This document shows positions 26,191-36,071 of a stretch of 44,011 nt of DNA, piece by piece. Source of the stretch: a virus. Lineage: Duplodnaviria > Caudoviricetes. Within the stretch, counting starts at the first letter, position 1; every line of letters begins with the position of its first letter. The translations under genes and the position numbers were made by a program. The notes under the pieces are model-generated. The model searched no databases and was not told where the DNA came from. It saw only the letters and a list, made by a program, of their open reading frames with translations. The DNA lies in IMG/VR virus record IMGVR_UViG_3300020045_007976, positions 1 to 44,011 of that record. The stretch is one strand, 5' to 3'.

Positions 26191-29100
26191 TGAATGATTT
26201 TATTTTTAATCGGTTATTTAACAATTCAGTCATTTGACCTTGTTTTTTCTGAAAAATACGCTCACCTCTTGCATCTTTAGTAATCAATAAACTTTCTCTA
26301 TCGCTTATTGTTCTTGACAACTTGTTAATGCCGTTATCGAAATCTTCTTTACTTAATCCGCTGTTTGAGTATGAAGATTGAGAGATATTTTTATTCATGA
26401 AAATGCCTTCAGAAAACAACATATCATCTAATTGTTTTTTATGCCATTGTTCAGGAGTGTACACCTTTGTACCTTTTGGTTTGTTCAATAATACATTTCT
26501 GTCATTGTATTGAGTAGCTTTGCCATCAGGAGTTACAACGGTTTCTTTATAATTTGAACCAGTTGCATCATTGATTAACATTTTTCCTCCTGGGTGGCTT
26601 TCCGTTCCTTCTGCATAAGCCGGTATTTGTTGACTATTAACCATTGCGATTTGTGCAGCTCCAATACCGGCAAATAAAGCAGCAACCGCAATATTAGCAG
26701 GGAAAGCAACTTCAGCTAACGCAGAAACAACCGCTTGGGCTGTATCAATTATAATGTTGAATATCGAAGCTTTCTTTTGTTGTTGCAGTTTTCTGCGTTC
26801 AATGTCTTGACGTTTCTTTTCGTACTGTCTTTCGATTTCTTCTTTAGCAACTGTACTATCACCAGCGAATTTAATTTGTAAATTCTTCTGCTGTTCTAAT
26901 CTGTCGAATTCGGCTTGAAAACGTCTTTCTGATTGTTGGTTAAGGAACGCAAAAACTTCTTGTGCTACTTCGGCCATTCCATTAAAGGCAATTGCGAATT
27001 TTTCGCCCATTGTTCCAGCGCCTTCAATTAATTTATCAAACGTACTTTTTCCATTTTCGTCTAATTTCATAAAGAAATTTAGCGAACCAAGCCCGCTTTT
27101 ATCTAAAAATCCGGCTTGTATTTCTTTGAAATAGTTTTGAGTGTTTAATATTAATTGCTTGGTTTTCTCGGCTTCAGTTTCCAATCTCGAATTGGTTGCA
27201 GCGGCCAAAGCTTTTTCGATCGCTATTTGTTCGCCTTTTAATTTGTTTAAAGCCTCGATATTATCTTCAGTAACAACAAAATTTGCAATTTCATCGTTTT
27301 TTATTCTCAATTGATGTTCAAGCCTTCTCTCTGTCGTGCTTTTTGACAATTCAACTTTTAATTTTTCATAATTTTTATAACGTTTCAAATCACTTTCAAC
27401 CGTCAAATTAGACAACAACAAATTTAATTGTCTTAAATCATCCAACTCTTGCTGGTCAATTATATTCAAACGAGCCTGATTAGAAACCCTATCGTATAAT
27501 TCCTGTATTTTTCCAACCGTTTCGTCAGTAATATCAATCAGCTTTTGAGCATGGTCAAATTCAATTTTCTGAATATTCAAATTGCTTTGAGTAATTAAAT
27601 CTTGTTTTTGCTTTTCGGTCAGTCCTTTTTGCGTCAATAACTTTGCAGAAGCTTTTTCTTCTAAACGGATTTCCTCGTTCATTTCTAAAGTAGCCAACTG
27701 CATCTTTCTCATTTGCATCAGCTCAAATGATTTGGCACGCTCCTCGTTTGTTTTCTTATCGTTGTTGTATATTTCCTGATTATTAGAAATTTCAGCGTTT
27801 AAAATAGCTTGCATCAAAGCGAATTCCGAAGCAGGAATGTCCGCAAGAGTTAAATCTTTTGCTTTTTTCTTACGTATTTTTTCTTCCTGGTATTCTAAAC
27901 CGATGGTTTCGCCTTTTAATCGGATTATGGTACTATCATTTTTTATAATGGCTTCGGTGTACTTTTGAATTTCGCTTTCTAACTGAATAGCTCTTTCACG
28001 CGCTTTGTTTTGTCTATCTCCAACGGCTGCCAATGCCTCTGGGCGGACTGTTCCACGCTTCATCAATAAATCTATTTGTTTTTCGGTTTGTTTAATTATC
28101 TTATTGTTAGTATCTAGCTCAATGTTTAAATCAATCAGCTTTTGCTTATTGGCTACATTTAATTCCGTACCTTTTTCGACTTGCTTTCTTTTCTCTAAAG
28201 CTAAATTTAAACGTTCTTGCGCTTCAACCGTCTTTCCTGTCAATATTTGTTCGTCAGTTAGGTTTTTGAAGTAGAAAGGATATTGTTGACGTAATTGTTT
28301 TAAAGCAATGTTTCTTTCTTCATCACTTAACTTTCTATCCTTAACAACTGCCAAGTACTTCTTCAGTTCAATAATATCGCTTTGAGCATCTTTTTGCCCA
28401 GTTACACGTGAATTATTGAATTCTTTTTGTCTTTTATTCAATTCTTCCAAAGCATCACTAGCCCCAAATAAGGCGCCAACCCAAACGCCAATTTCTTTTC
28501 CGTAAACAGTAAGCAAAGTAATTCCTATACCTAACAATGTTTGCCAAGACAATAATGCGCCAGCCACTTGACTTAAAACACTTTTCACCGGCTGCCCTTG
28601 AGCGATTAGCTCTTTATTTTGGCGTACCGCATTTCCTATGGCATCAGTAAATATTGGAATATTATTTGACAAGGCCATAAATCCAGTTTGTACTGAATAA
28701 GTAAAAGCTGGCATTTCACGAGTTAACTGATTAATACTGTTTGATAATGGATTGAACCCGCTGGCATAATTACCAACGTTTCTCGTATGTTTACCGACTG
28801 TAGCATCAACAGCCTTTAAAGTAGCGTTGTATTTTTCGGTTACTCGACCTAATGTAGCAAGCCTTTGTTCCTCATTGGCGGTCAAATTATTATAACGCTC
28901 TTTTTTTACGGCTAAATTATTGTAAGCCTGTTGGACTAAGTTTAATTGTTGTTGAGTTCGGTTGTATAAGTTTTGAGCTGCATTTAATCGTTGCAACTCT
29001 TTTTGATGTTGTGCCTCGGCTCTTGCGAATGCCTTATCTCTATCGGAAGCTAATTTTAATTCAGCTAATCTCTGACGTTCTGCATTTCTAACAACGGCAT

Positions 29101-29314
29101 TCGCTACCCTTTCATTTGCTTTTTCAATCTTCCCGAAATCCGCAATTACCCTCTGCATTTCAGCTGGATTTTTAGCCGCCTTCCCACCAAAGAAATCAAT
29201 ATTCAACTTAGATATTTTTACAATATCGTCATGCGTTTGACCCAAAAGAGTATGCGCCTCCTTTAGTCCATCAATTGCATTTTTGCTGTAAATTAAATCA
29301 ATAAAATTTGCCAT
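26183..29314 (-). CDS. Tape measure protein
   Basis: 1043 aa helical protein; RNVGNYASG, SINQLTRE.P and AQIA....P.YA.GT motifs. Confidence 0.88.
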   Translation of the reverse strand: MANFIDLIYSKNAIDGLKEAHTLLGQTHDDIVKISKLNIDFFGGKAAKNPAEMQRVIADFGKIEKANERVANAVVRNAERQRLAELKLASDRDKAFARAEAQHQKELQRLNAAQNLYNRTQQQLNLVQQAYNNLAVKKERYNNLTANEEQRLATLGRVTEKYNATLKAVDATVGKHTRNVGNYASGFNPLSNSINQLTREMPAFTYSVQTGFMALSNNIPIFTDAIGNAVRQNKELIAQGQPVKSVLSQVAGALLSWQTLLGIGITLLTVYGKEIGVWVGALFGASDALEELNKRQKEFNNSRVTGQKDAQSDIIELKKYLAVVKDRKLSDEERNIALKQLRQQYPFYFKNLTDEQILTGKTVEAQERLNLALEKRKQVEKGTELNVANKQKLIDLNIELDTNNKIIKQTEKQIDLLMKRGTVRPEALAAVGDRQNKARERAIQLESEIQKYTEAIIKNDSTIIRLKGETIGLEYQEEKIRKKKAKDLTLADIPASEFALMQAILNAEISNNQEIYNNDKKTNEERAKSFELMQMRKMQLATLEMNEEIRLEEKASAKLLTQKGLTEKQKQDLITQSNLNIQKIEFDHAQKLIDITDETVGKIQELYDRVSNQARLNIIDQQELDDLRQLNLLLSNLTVESDLKRYKNYEKLKVELSKSTTERRLEHQLRIKNDEIANFVVTEDNIEALNKLKGEQIAIEKALAAATNSRLETEAEKTKQLILNTQNYFKEIQAGFLDKSGLGSLNFFMKLDENGKSTFDKLIEGAGTMGEKFAIAFNGMAEVAQEVFAFLNQQSERRFQAEFDRLEQQKNLQIKFAGDSTVAKEEIERQYEKKRQDIERRKLQQQKKASIFNIIIDTAQAVVSALAEVAFPANIAVAALFAGIGAAQIAMVNSQQIPAYAEGTESHPGGKMLINDATGSNYKETVVTPDGKATQYNDRNVLLNKPKGTKVYTPEQWHKKQLDDMLFSEGIFMNKNISQSSYSNSGLSKEDFDNGINKLSRTISDRESLLITKDARGERIFQKKQGQMTELLNNRLKIKSFNV

Positions 29315-29934
29315 TATTTACCTTTATTTTGTCGTTTAACCGATTCTTCGGCTTGTTTTTGATATTCCACCCAATCAGCCACGGTTATTTCTTTAGGTTC
29401 AATTCTGTATTTTAATTCTAATATTCGGCCAACCGTAATTAATTGGCTTTCGATACTTGAAACTTCGCCTTTATCTTCTTCTTCTAACTCAGCTTCATAG
29501 ATAGCTATTTTGGTTTTTATTCCTTGGATACGGTTCGAAATATCTTCTAATTGCTTGAAAACATCTTTTCTTCGGTCTATTCTGTAGTTCCATTTCTCCA
29601 AAGCATCAATCAGCATTTCAAACTGCTTAATATCGCCTTCTTTCGGGAAGTTGTACAAGGCTTTCAATATCAAACTTACAGTGTTGTATTTGGTAGTGTA
29701 TTTCAAGATGTTATGAATTACACCGAACCGATTGATTATTGAATTATTTTTGGTTAGTTTCAAATAATGGCCGTAAAAATCAGTCATTATATTGTCTAAA
29801 TCCTTGTGGTGTTTAAATTCCTTTGTGAAATATCTTAAATCTTTAGTTTTTAAATACTCCAATAAATTCCATAAAGGCATTTGCTGTGGCGTTTCGTAGA
29901 ATGTAATCTTTGATTTGAATAAGGTTATAGCCAT
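29314..29934 (-). CDS. Putative tail assembly chaperone
   Basis: Position before the tape measure gene. Confidence 0.5.
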   Translation of the reverse strand: MAITLFKSKITFYETPQQMPLWNLLEYLKTKDLRYFTKEFKHHKDLDNIMTDFYGHYLKLTKNNSIINRFGVIHNILKYTTKYNTVSLILKALYNFPKEGDIKQFEMLIDALEKWNYRIDRRKDVFKQLEDISNRIQGIKTKIAIYEAELEEEDKGEVSSIESQLITVGRILELKYRIEPKEITVADWVEYQKQAEESVKRQNKGK

Positions 29935-30371
29935 TGTTGAATGTATTTAAATAGTTCGGGTTTTAGTATTTCTTTATTTACAAAGCTTTCGTTTTCATCA
30001 GTAAGCCCGAAAATCTCTTTTCCGTATTTCCTGATTAATTTTGGTGTTTTCTCGTCATTTGCAAATATTTCTAAAGATAAGTTTTCTTTGTCAATTTTGA
30101 TATAAAAAGACCTGTAAAAAGCACCGGAATAAAACAAAGTAACTCTATCGTAAGGCTGTCCAAGTAATTGCTTTATTTCAATGGTAAAATGATTATACTC
30201 CGGAAAGATATTAAATCCATCGCTATCGATCCCTTTTTCATACAGTTGAGATTGTCTATTCAAGTCTAATATAGTCGCAGAATTACGTTTGACAATCTGT
30301 TCCGTTTGATTTGGAATGTTATCAATGACGTTTTTCATAAAGTCCATATAATCCTTTACCGTTCTGCTCAT
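29925..30371 (-). CDS. Putative tail completion/neck protein
   Basis: VTL..SG.FY.S and KYG..IFGLT motifs; position. Confidence 0.55.
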   Translation of the reverse strand: MSRTVKDYMDFMKNVIDNIPNQTEQIVKRNSATILDLNRQSQLYEKGIDSDGFNIFPEYNHFTIEIKQLLGQPYDRVTLFYSGAFYRSFYIKIDKENLSLEIFANDEKTPKLIRKYGKEIFGLTDENESFVNKEILKPELFKYIQQWL

Positions 30372-30375
30372 TATA

Positions 30376-30383
30376 CAAATTTA
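30376..30383 (-). promoter_or_regulatory. -7 promoter element TAAATTTG (near-leaderless transcript)
   Basis: 4 nt from ATG 30371, just after a terminator. Confidence 0.65.
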
Positions 30384-30384
30384 T

Positions 30385-30420
30385 AAAAAAAGCCGTGTCC
30401 TTTTACAAAACACGGCTTTA
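30385..30420 (-). terminator. Intrinsic terminator after the major tail gene
   Basis: AAAGCCGTGT...ACACGGCTTT followed by a U tract. Confidence 0.85.
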
Positions 30421-30442
30421 AAAACAAAACTATGAAAACATC

Positions 30443-31372
30443 TTACAAAACCGTAGTTGTTGCAATGTTCGATTTAAACATGTCGCCGTCCATGTTGATT
30501 ATATTCGCAGGAAGTGCTGCATCGTACAATTTCAAGGTTAATACATCACCAGTTGACAAAGAAGCCACTGTTAAAGTGTATTGTCCTGAAACGGTCGGAC
30601 TAGGCGTCAATAGCGTTGGAACTACCGTAACTCCATCAACTTGATAAAGCAAATCAGCAATCACCAACCCCTCTAAAGGAACCAATTTGTTATTTGCTGT
30701 TGCAGTAACGGTAAATACAACTGTAGTTGCTGCATTTGCCGGAGCAACCATAGCAATAGTTACATCATTGTATCCGTCAAGGTCTTGCGCTGCTGTGAAA
30801 TCAAGATTTTCGTTAGTGATCCATGAAACCGTATTATCAAAATTCTGACGATCAACTTGAACCGTAATAGTTTGGCTGTTTTCGTTTCCGATTACATACT
30901 TACCGGTATCAAGCAACCCAAGATCTAAACCTCGCCCGTTTCCTTGATTATCCATAGATAGCAAAGCATCACCTTTGACGTCGAATAAAATAATATCGTA
31001 CTGCTCGTTACTGTCTAACTTTGTGATTGCCTTATAGAAATTCAATCCATTATCAAAGGTAAACGTCCACATATACGGGTGTTTCAATGTCGTAAACATT
31101 TTACCAGTTGCCGCACGTGTACCACGATCGTTATCAGGTGTATTATCCGCAAAGTCTACAACTCCCTTCAAAACTGTTGCTTTGCCTAATTGTTGCAGTT
31201 CCTGGATATAAGCCAAATTGAAATCGTCGCTTGGTAAAATCTTCAGTCCTTTTTGAACTAAAACAATTACAGCAGGTGTACGAAAGTCAAATTTACAGAA
31301 CTTAAGTCCTGTACCTAAAAGTTCAGCTAATCCACAGCTAACTTTATTAATTATTGTTGAAAATAATCCCAT
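30443..31372 (-). CDS. Major tail protein
   Basis: Position; followed by a terminator; C-terminal Ig-like beta segment. Confidence 0.7.
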   Translation of the reverse strand: MGLFSTIINKVSCGLAELLGTGLKFCKFDFRTPAVIVLVQKGLKILPSDDFNLAYIQELQQLGKATVLKGVVDFADNTPDNDRGTRAATGKMFTTLKHPYMWTFTFDNGLNFYKAITKLDSNEQYDIILFDVKGDALLSMDNQGNGRGLDLGLLDTGKYVIGNENSQTITVQVDRQNFDNTVSWITNENLDFTAAQDLDGYNDVTIAMVAPANAATTVVFTVTATANNKLVPLEGLVIADLLYQVDGVTVVPTLLTPSPTVSGQYTLTVASLSTGDVLTLKLYDAALPANIINMDGDMFKSNIATTTVL

Positions 31373-31373
31373 T

Positions 31374-31574
31374 TTATATAATTTTTTGTGATTTTAAGAA
31401 ATTAATTACTCGTTTGTCGTAGTGATTAAATTTTTCCCCAACTTGATAAGTTTTCTCGCTTGTTGGAAATTGTTTCAGCACTTTAAACGACTGCCAATGT
31501 TTTTGAACTTCTTTTGGTTGCTCTTGCTCGATTGGCTTTTTTTCAATTTGTTCGTTCTTTTTTTTATTATTCAT
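31374..31574 (-). CDS. Hypothetical virion-associated small protein
   Basis: Operon packing. Confidence 0.55.
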   Translation of the reverse strand: MNNKKKNEQIEKKPIEQEQPKEVQKHWQSFKVLKQFPTSEKTYQVGEKFNHYDKRVINFLKSQKII

Positions 31575-31584
31575 AACTAGGTTT

Positions 31585-32115
31585 TTAAATGCATAATTTG
31601 TTATTTAAGTGATACTTGTTTACATTCAATACTACTTTAAAACAATGATAAGGCTCTAAATCGATAACCTGATTAAAGAAATACCTATTAAAAACGTTGT
31701 CTACATTAAATATGGTATAATCGATTGTTACTTCTTTAATCGTTTGTAGAATGTTTAATACATCCTGCCTAACCTCTTCATCTGCTCGATGCAAAACACT
31801 AGGCTTTATTTCAGACACATTTAGTATAAAATATAAATCTATACTTGTTTCATAATAATTAACTCCTACGTGTTTAATTTGATTTTCAGCAGTAAAAAAG
31901 AATTTATTTTTCTCGGCTACAACTAAGCTTTCATATTCTTTATCGCTAAAATAATAATCAATTGACTTTACATTGTTTCTGTTGGAAATATAACATCTAT
32001 CATACCCAAACAACTCGATACCCACCCATTTTTCGACAAGCTTATCATAAAGTTTTTTTTGAACTCCATAGATAACTATATCTAATCCTTTAGGATCTGT
32101 TTTTAAGAAATTCAT
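31585..32115 (-). CDS. Putative tail terminator/head-tail joining protein
   Basis: Position; HRADEEVR.DV. Confidence 0.55.
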   Translation of the reverse strand: MNFLKTDPKGLDIVIYGVQKKLYDKLVEKWVGIELFGYDRCYISNRNNVKSIDYYFSDKEYESLVVAEKNKFFFTAENQIKHVGVNYYETSIDLYFILNVSEIKPSVLHRADEEVRQDVLNILQTIKEVTIDYTIFNVDNVFNRYFFNQVIDLEPYHCFKVVLNVNKYHLNNKLCI

Positions 32116-33188
32116 TATCTTAAAGTAGATTGCATTATTAAACCTTGTTTCACGAATCCTTTTTGCATTTTGGCAATCTCCGATTTAATAGACGTTATTT
32201 CGCCTAACAATTGCTTTTTCAATCCTTTCACCTTTATAGGACTGTCCGAATCGGCTCCCTCCAACTCTACCATAATTTTTTGATAAAGTAAATTTGATTG
32301 TGTTTGATTTGCATTGTTTCTCAAAGAAGAAAGGTATAATTGAATGCATGATATAATGCAGTCTAACTGAATAGCTCTGGCGAAAAGCATTTTATTGTTT
32401 ATCGCAAAATCTGTGAAATCTTCATAAACAGAAATATCAAAGTTTAGTCCAGAATCTTCTGAAAGACCATCAATATCCTGCAAATCAAAAAGCACTTCTG
32501 TATTATGTCCAACAACTTTAATCCTGTCGATACATAAGTCGGTTGGGCTGTTTAAAATATTAGCATTGTTGTACTCTCTTTTAAAAGGCGTAACTGTTAA
32601 CGAATCTGTTAAATACCCAATGTAATACTCCCCTTTGTATGTATCGTTGGAATTATCAAGCACCCAATTCAAAAATAACTCTTGATGATCTGAAGCGATT
32701 GTTACTTCTTCAGTATAAATAGGCTCTTTTTTAGAGCTGTTAAACACCAATAAAGTAAGATCGCCAGCACCATCAAAATCAAGTAAAACACGATTTACTT
32801 TAAAGGCAATATTCTTTTTTGAAGTCACTTTTACTCTGTAGCCTACAAAACCATTTGGCAATGTTTCTAATTCAATCTTATTTGAAGCGTTTTTAAATAA
32901 CAAACTTCTGTCGATGAAATCATAATCAGAAAAAACCTGATTACAAACATTAGAAATTGAACGTTTTTTTAAATCATTCAAGAATAAATTAAAATCAACA
33001 TCTGATATCTTTAAAAAATCTTGATTGTCTTTGATGTATTCTATTTTTGCATACGGATTGTCAGTAACAAAATACCCTGACTCACTCAATAAATTATCAG
33101 CATCTACAATAGCATAACTAGGGTTATAAGGTTGTTTAAACCCTATAATCCCTAATAATGCAGTTTGTATTTTAGATACTTGAATCAT
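32115..33188 (-). CDS. Putative head-tail adaptor
   Basis: Directly after the capsid gene. Confidence 0.55.
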   Translation of the reverse strand: MIQVSKIQTALLGIIGFKQPYNPSYAIVDADNLLSESGYFVTDNPYAKIEYIKDNQDFLKISDVDFNLFLNDLKKRSISNVCNQVFSDYDFIDRSLLFKNASNKIELETLPNGFVGYRVKVTSKKNIAFKVNRVLLDFDGAGDLTLLVFNSSKKEPIYTEEVTIASDHQELFLNWVLDNSNDTYKGEYYIGYLTDSLTVTPFKREYNNANILNSPTDLCIDRIKVVGHNTEVLFDLQDIDGLSEDSGLNFDISVYEDFTDFAINNKMLFARAIQLDCIISCIQLYLSSLRNNANQTQSNLLYQKIMVELEGADSDSPIKVKGLKKQLLGEITSIKSEIAKMQKGFVKQGLIMQSTLR

Positions 33189-33191
33189 TGA

Positions 33192-34214
33192 TTAAACTAT
33201 TGCGTAAGCTAAGATTGGAGTTGCTGAAGCAGTTGTCAATGGAGCCTTAGCGAATGATAAATCTTGCGAAATTTCATATTGCGTAACAACATCCTGAGTG
33301 TATCCGTTATTTGCAGAATCGTCTGCTCTCGTCTCGTAAGAGTGTAAAGCATAGCTTTCACCGTCAATAGGATTCAAGATATTAGAATACTCGTTTTCTT
33401 TTGTAACTACACCCTCACGGTTTTGCTTAGGAATCCAAGGCAAGGTTGCAACCATTCCGTTAGGAACTACAATCCAAAAGCCTTTTGCGTAAGCTGAAAC
33501 TAAAGCCGCTCCTAACGCGCCTAATTCAACAGAGTGAATAAAGGTAACGCCTCCGAACTGGAAGGATAAGTTAGTTGCGTTGCTGATTCCTTGAGCCGCT
33601 TGGTACTCAAATTTTGCATAAGAAATTGAATCACAGAAAATAGTCATTCCGCCAACGTATTTATTGGCATCCATTGCGATTTTTGTAATTTGGATAGCTC
33701 TTGACTCTTTAGCTTCTACAATTTCAAATACATCGTCTGTAGCATCAAAAGTACCTTCTGCCGTAGCTGTGTTTACTCCTGATCTGTTGTTAAACAAGTA
33801 AGCCGTAGCAGCCGTTTCGTAACCCTCCATGAAGTTAGAAATTGAGTTAGACAATTCCTGGAACATTTGCTCATCGGCATTGTAAATAGAGATATCTGCT
33901 TGCTTTAATGACATATTGAACTTGTCAGTATAACTTGCCCATGTTGGAGTAAGCGTAGAAGTATCTCCTTTACTTCCTGTGTGATTGTGCGTTCTTGCAC
34001 TTCCTAAAGCTCTCGAGCTTCTTGCTGCAAAATTAGTTTCCACGGTTCTATCTTCACGAGTTCTTAAAACATCATAGTTAGGAAACATAATTGGCGCCAT
34101 AGCTCTTAAAGCTAAATATGTGGCTGGGTATCTGAATCTTAATTCAGCATTTTGAAAAGCTCCAATAAGTTTCGCTTGGGCTTTTACTAGGTTTGCGGTC
34201 GTTCTATTCGCCAT
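33192..34214 (-). CDS. Major capsid protein
   Basis: 340 aa after the scaffold gene, with its own promoter and biased codon use. Confidence 0.75.
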   Translation of the reverse strand: MANRTTANLVKAQAKLIGAFQNAELRFRYPATYLALRAMAPIMFPNYDVLRTREDRTVETNFAARSSRALGSARTHNHTGSKGDTSTLTPTWASYTDKFNMSLKQADISIYNADEQMFQELSNSISNFMEGYETAATAYLFNNRSGVNTATAEGTFDATDDVFEIVEAKESRAIQITKIAMDANKYVGGMTIFCDSISYAKFEYQAAQGISNATNLSFQFGGVTFIHSVELGALGAALVSAYAKGFWIVVPNGMVATLPWIPKQNREGVVTKENEYSNILNPIDGESYALHSYETRADDSANNGYTQDVVTQYEISQDLSFAKAPLTTASATPILAYAIV

Positions 34215-34293
34215 GTTTATAAAAATTAAATTGATAATGTGTTTTAATGAGCATTACCGCCCTAATCTTTATTAGCTATACCGCTAACGTATA

Positions 34294-34301
34294 CAAAACT
34301 A
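34294..34301 (-). promoter_or_regulatory. -7 promoter element TAGTTTTG for the capsid operon
   Basis: Matches TAnnTTTG. Confidence 0.7.
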
Positions 34302-34342
34302 ATTAAAAAAAATTAATAAATAGTATTTTTGTTAAAAAAATA

Positions 34343-34372
34343 AAAAACCAGCTAAATTAATAACTGGTTTTT
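34343..34372 (-). terminator. Intrinsic terminator
   Basis: AAAAACCAG...CTGGTTTTT. Confidence 0.75.
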
Positions 34373-34375
34373 GGA

Positions 34376-34549
34376 TTACACTTTTGTATATCTTCTTCTT
34401 CCTGAATATTTTGAAAGGTATTTTTGACTAACTTTTTTTGCATTCAAATAATCTTCATTAGCCTTTTTTAATTCAATATAAGCGGAATGCTTTACTTGCT
34501 TTGCTCTTTTGCTAAGAAACAAATTTAAAAACCATTCTATTATTTTCAT
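34376..34549 (-). CDS. Basic small protein, 57 aa (not in the ORF track)
   Basis: MKIIEWFLNLFLSKRAKQ...GRRRYTKV. Confidence 0.5.
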   Translation of the reverse strand: MKIIEWFLNLFLSKRAKQVKHSAYIELKKANEDYLNAKKVSQKYLSKYSGRRRYTKV

Positions 34550-34553
34550 AATA

Positions 34554-35345
34554 CTACATTTTTAAAGTTCCTTCTTTTATTCTTTTGGCCATTTCTTCGT
34601 TTTGCTTTGTGGCGTTCCATCCGTTTTTTTCAGACTCTTTTAGAAAAGCCTCAAACGATCCCGCTTTCGAAGCATCTGGATCATCATCGCCACCTCCGCC
34701 ACCTGATGGAGATTTTAAGTAAGGAGAAACAAAATTTACAACAAAGTCTTTTACTGTAATAGGAGACAATGTGTCTTTGTTTTTTTGTATTTCCCCATTT
34801 TGCTTAACCACAATCTTACCTTCTTCTTTTTCAAAAGAAAATCCTTTTTCTCTGGCTTCAGTAAAAATAGTGGATTTAGAAACTAAAGTTTCTCCAGAAA
34901 TATGTTTCGTGAATTCATTTTTAATTTCGTTAAATTCTTGTTGCTTTTCAATATTCGTTTTAAATGTAACGAATTCAGTTTCTTTTGCGTTGTAGTTTTC
35001 TTGAAGCTTTTCAAAGTCTGTTTTTAATGCTTTAAATTTTTCTTCTGGTTCCACTTTGCTTTCAGATTCTACTTTTGACTTTATGGCGTTAACAAGGTTT
35101 TCCATTGTCTTACCTTGAAAATCAAGTCCAAGAGCATTTCGCTGCTCTTTAATAGCTATTTCTAAAGCCATTGTTGAGCTTTCTTTTTTAATATTGGCAA
35201 TTCTTTCGTCATAGATTGATTTATCTACAATTACTTTTGTCGATAGGTCGATTTTGTGATTTTCTTCACTTGCAATCATTTCTTGAAGCTTACCGCTTTC
35301 TAGTCCTAGAGTTTGTTCCAACTCTGCAATGTTTTCTAATGCCAT
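34554..35345 (-). CDS. Scaffolding protein
   Basis: Coiled coil and Gly-rich linker; lies between portal and capsid genes. Confidence 0.7.
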   Translation of the reverse strand: MALENIAELEQTLGLESGKLQEMIASEENHKIDLSTKVIVDKSIYDERIANIKKESSTMALEIAIKEQRNALGLDFQGKTMENLVNAIKSKVESESKVEPEEKFKALKTDFEKLQENYNAKETEFVTFKTNIEKQQEFNEIKNEFTKHISGETLVSKSTIFTEAREKGFSFEKEEGKIVVKQNGEIQKNKDTLSPITVKDFVVNFVSPYLKSPSGGGGGDDDPDASKAGSFEAFLKESEKNGWNATKQNEEMAKRIKEGTLKM

Positions 35346-35722
35346 TATTCTACAGTTTTAAGTTTTTCGATTTCTTCTGTTAGTTTCTTAACGCCCCATG
35401 TTCCTTTTGCTGGCTCTCCATAAAGCTCTAAATATTCCTGAAGCAAACGTACTTTTTCTTCGTCTTTTGCAGGCTCTTTTACTTCTTCGAACTCAGCATA
35501 AGTTTTTACTTCCTTAAATGGTTTTCCGCTTAAATACAAAATAGTTGCTTTTTCGTCTTTCTCATAAAGCAATCCGTTAATTTCTGAATTCTCGTTAATC
35601 TCTTCGGCGTAAGAATTTTGGATAACATGATTGTCTCTCTCCAGTCTTACCTTTACTTCTTTTGTAAAAAAGTTTCCGTTTCTTGCTAATTTGTGTAGCT
35701 TGTACACTCCCATTTGTGACAT
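35345..35722 (-). CDS. Hypothetical head-associated protein (C-terminal HeH-like)
   Basis: Y.ELYG.PA...W..KKL.EEI. Confidence 0.6.
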   Translation of the reverse strand: MSQMGVYKLHKLARNGNFFTKEVKVRLERDNHVIQNSYAEEINENSEINGLLYEKDEKATILYLSGKPFKEVKTYAEFEEVKEPAKDEEKVRLLQEYLELYGEPAKGTWGVKKLTEEIEKLKTVE

Positions 35723-35738
35723 AATTATTGTTTTAAAG

Positions 35739-36071
35739 TTATTTATTTAAGAATGAATGAATTTGTTCAAATAACCAGCCAGTTAAATAAGCTTCTGGTT
35801 CGTCGTTAAACCTATCAACTTCCATTGCGTAATCTACATATATGTGATTTTTCACGTGTACTATTTCATGTGCAATATTACTCAAGTGATCTTTGTCAGT
35901 AAAAGCGACAATATAGTGTCGGTAATTATTTTTATTACTCAATGTTACTGCTCCAAAACTTTCAAGTGAAATCGTTTTATACTCCTTCTCAACATAAGAT
36001 AAATCCTTATCAAATATCATTGTTAGTTTGGCGCAATAAATTGGTATTTTAATTGTTTTTATTCTGACCAT
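35739..36071 (-). CDS. HEXXH zinc metallopeptidase-like protein
   Basis: IAHEIVH...DEPEAYL.GW. Confidence 0.7.
   Translation of the reverse strand: MVRIKTIKIPIYCAKLTMIFDKDLSYVEKEYKTISLESFGAVTLSNKNNYRHYIVAFTDKDHLSNIAHEIVHVKNHIYVDYAMEVDRFNDEPEAYLTGWLFEQIHSFLNK

Noticed and set aside
29314-30443. Programmed frameshift for a tail assembly chaperone
   Set aside because: No convincing slippery site with a fusable second frame was found by eye.
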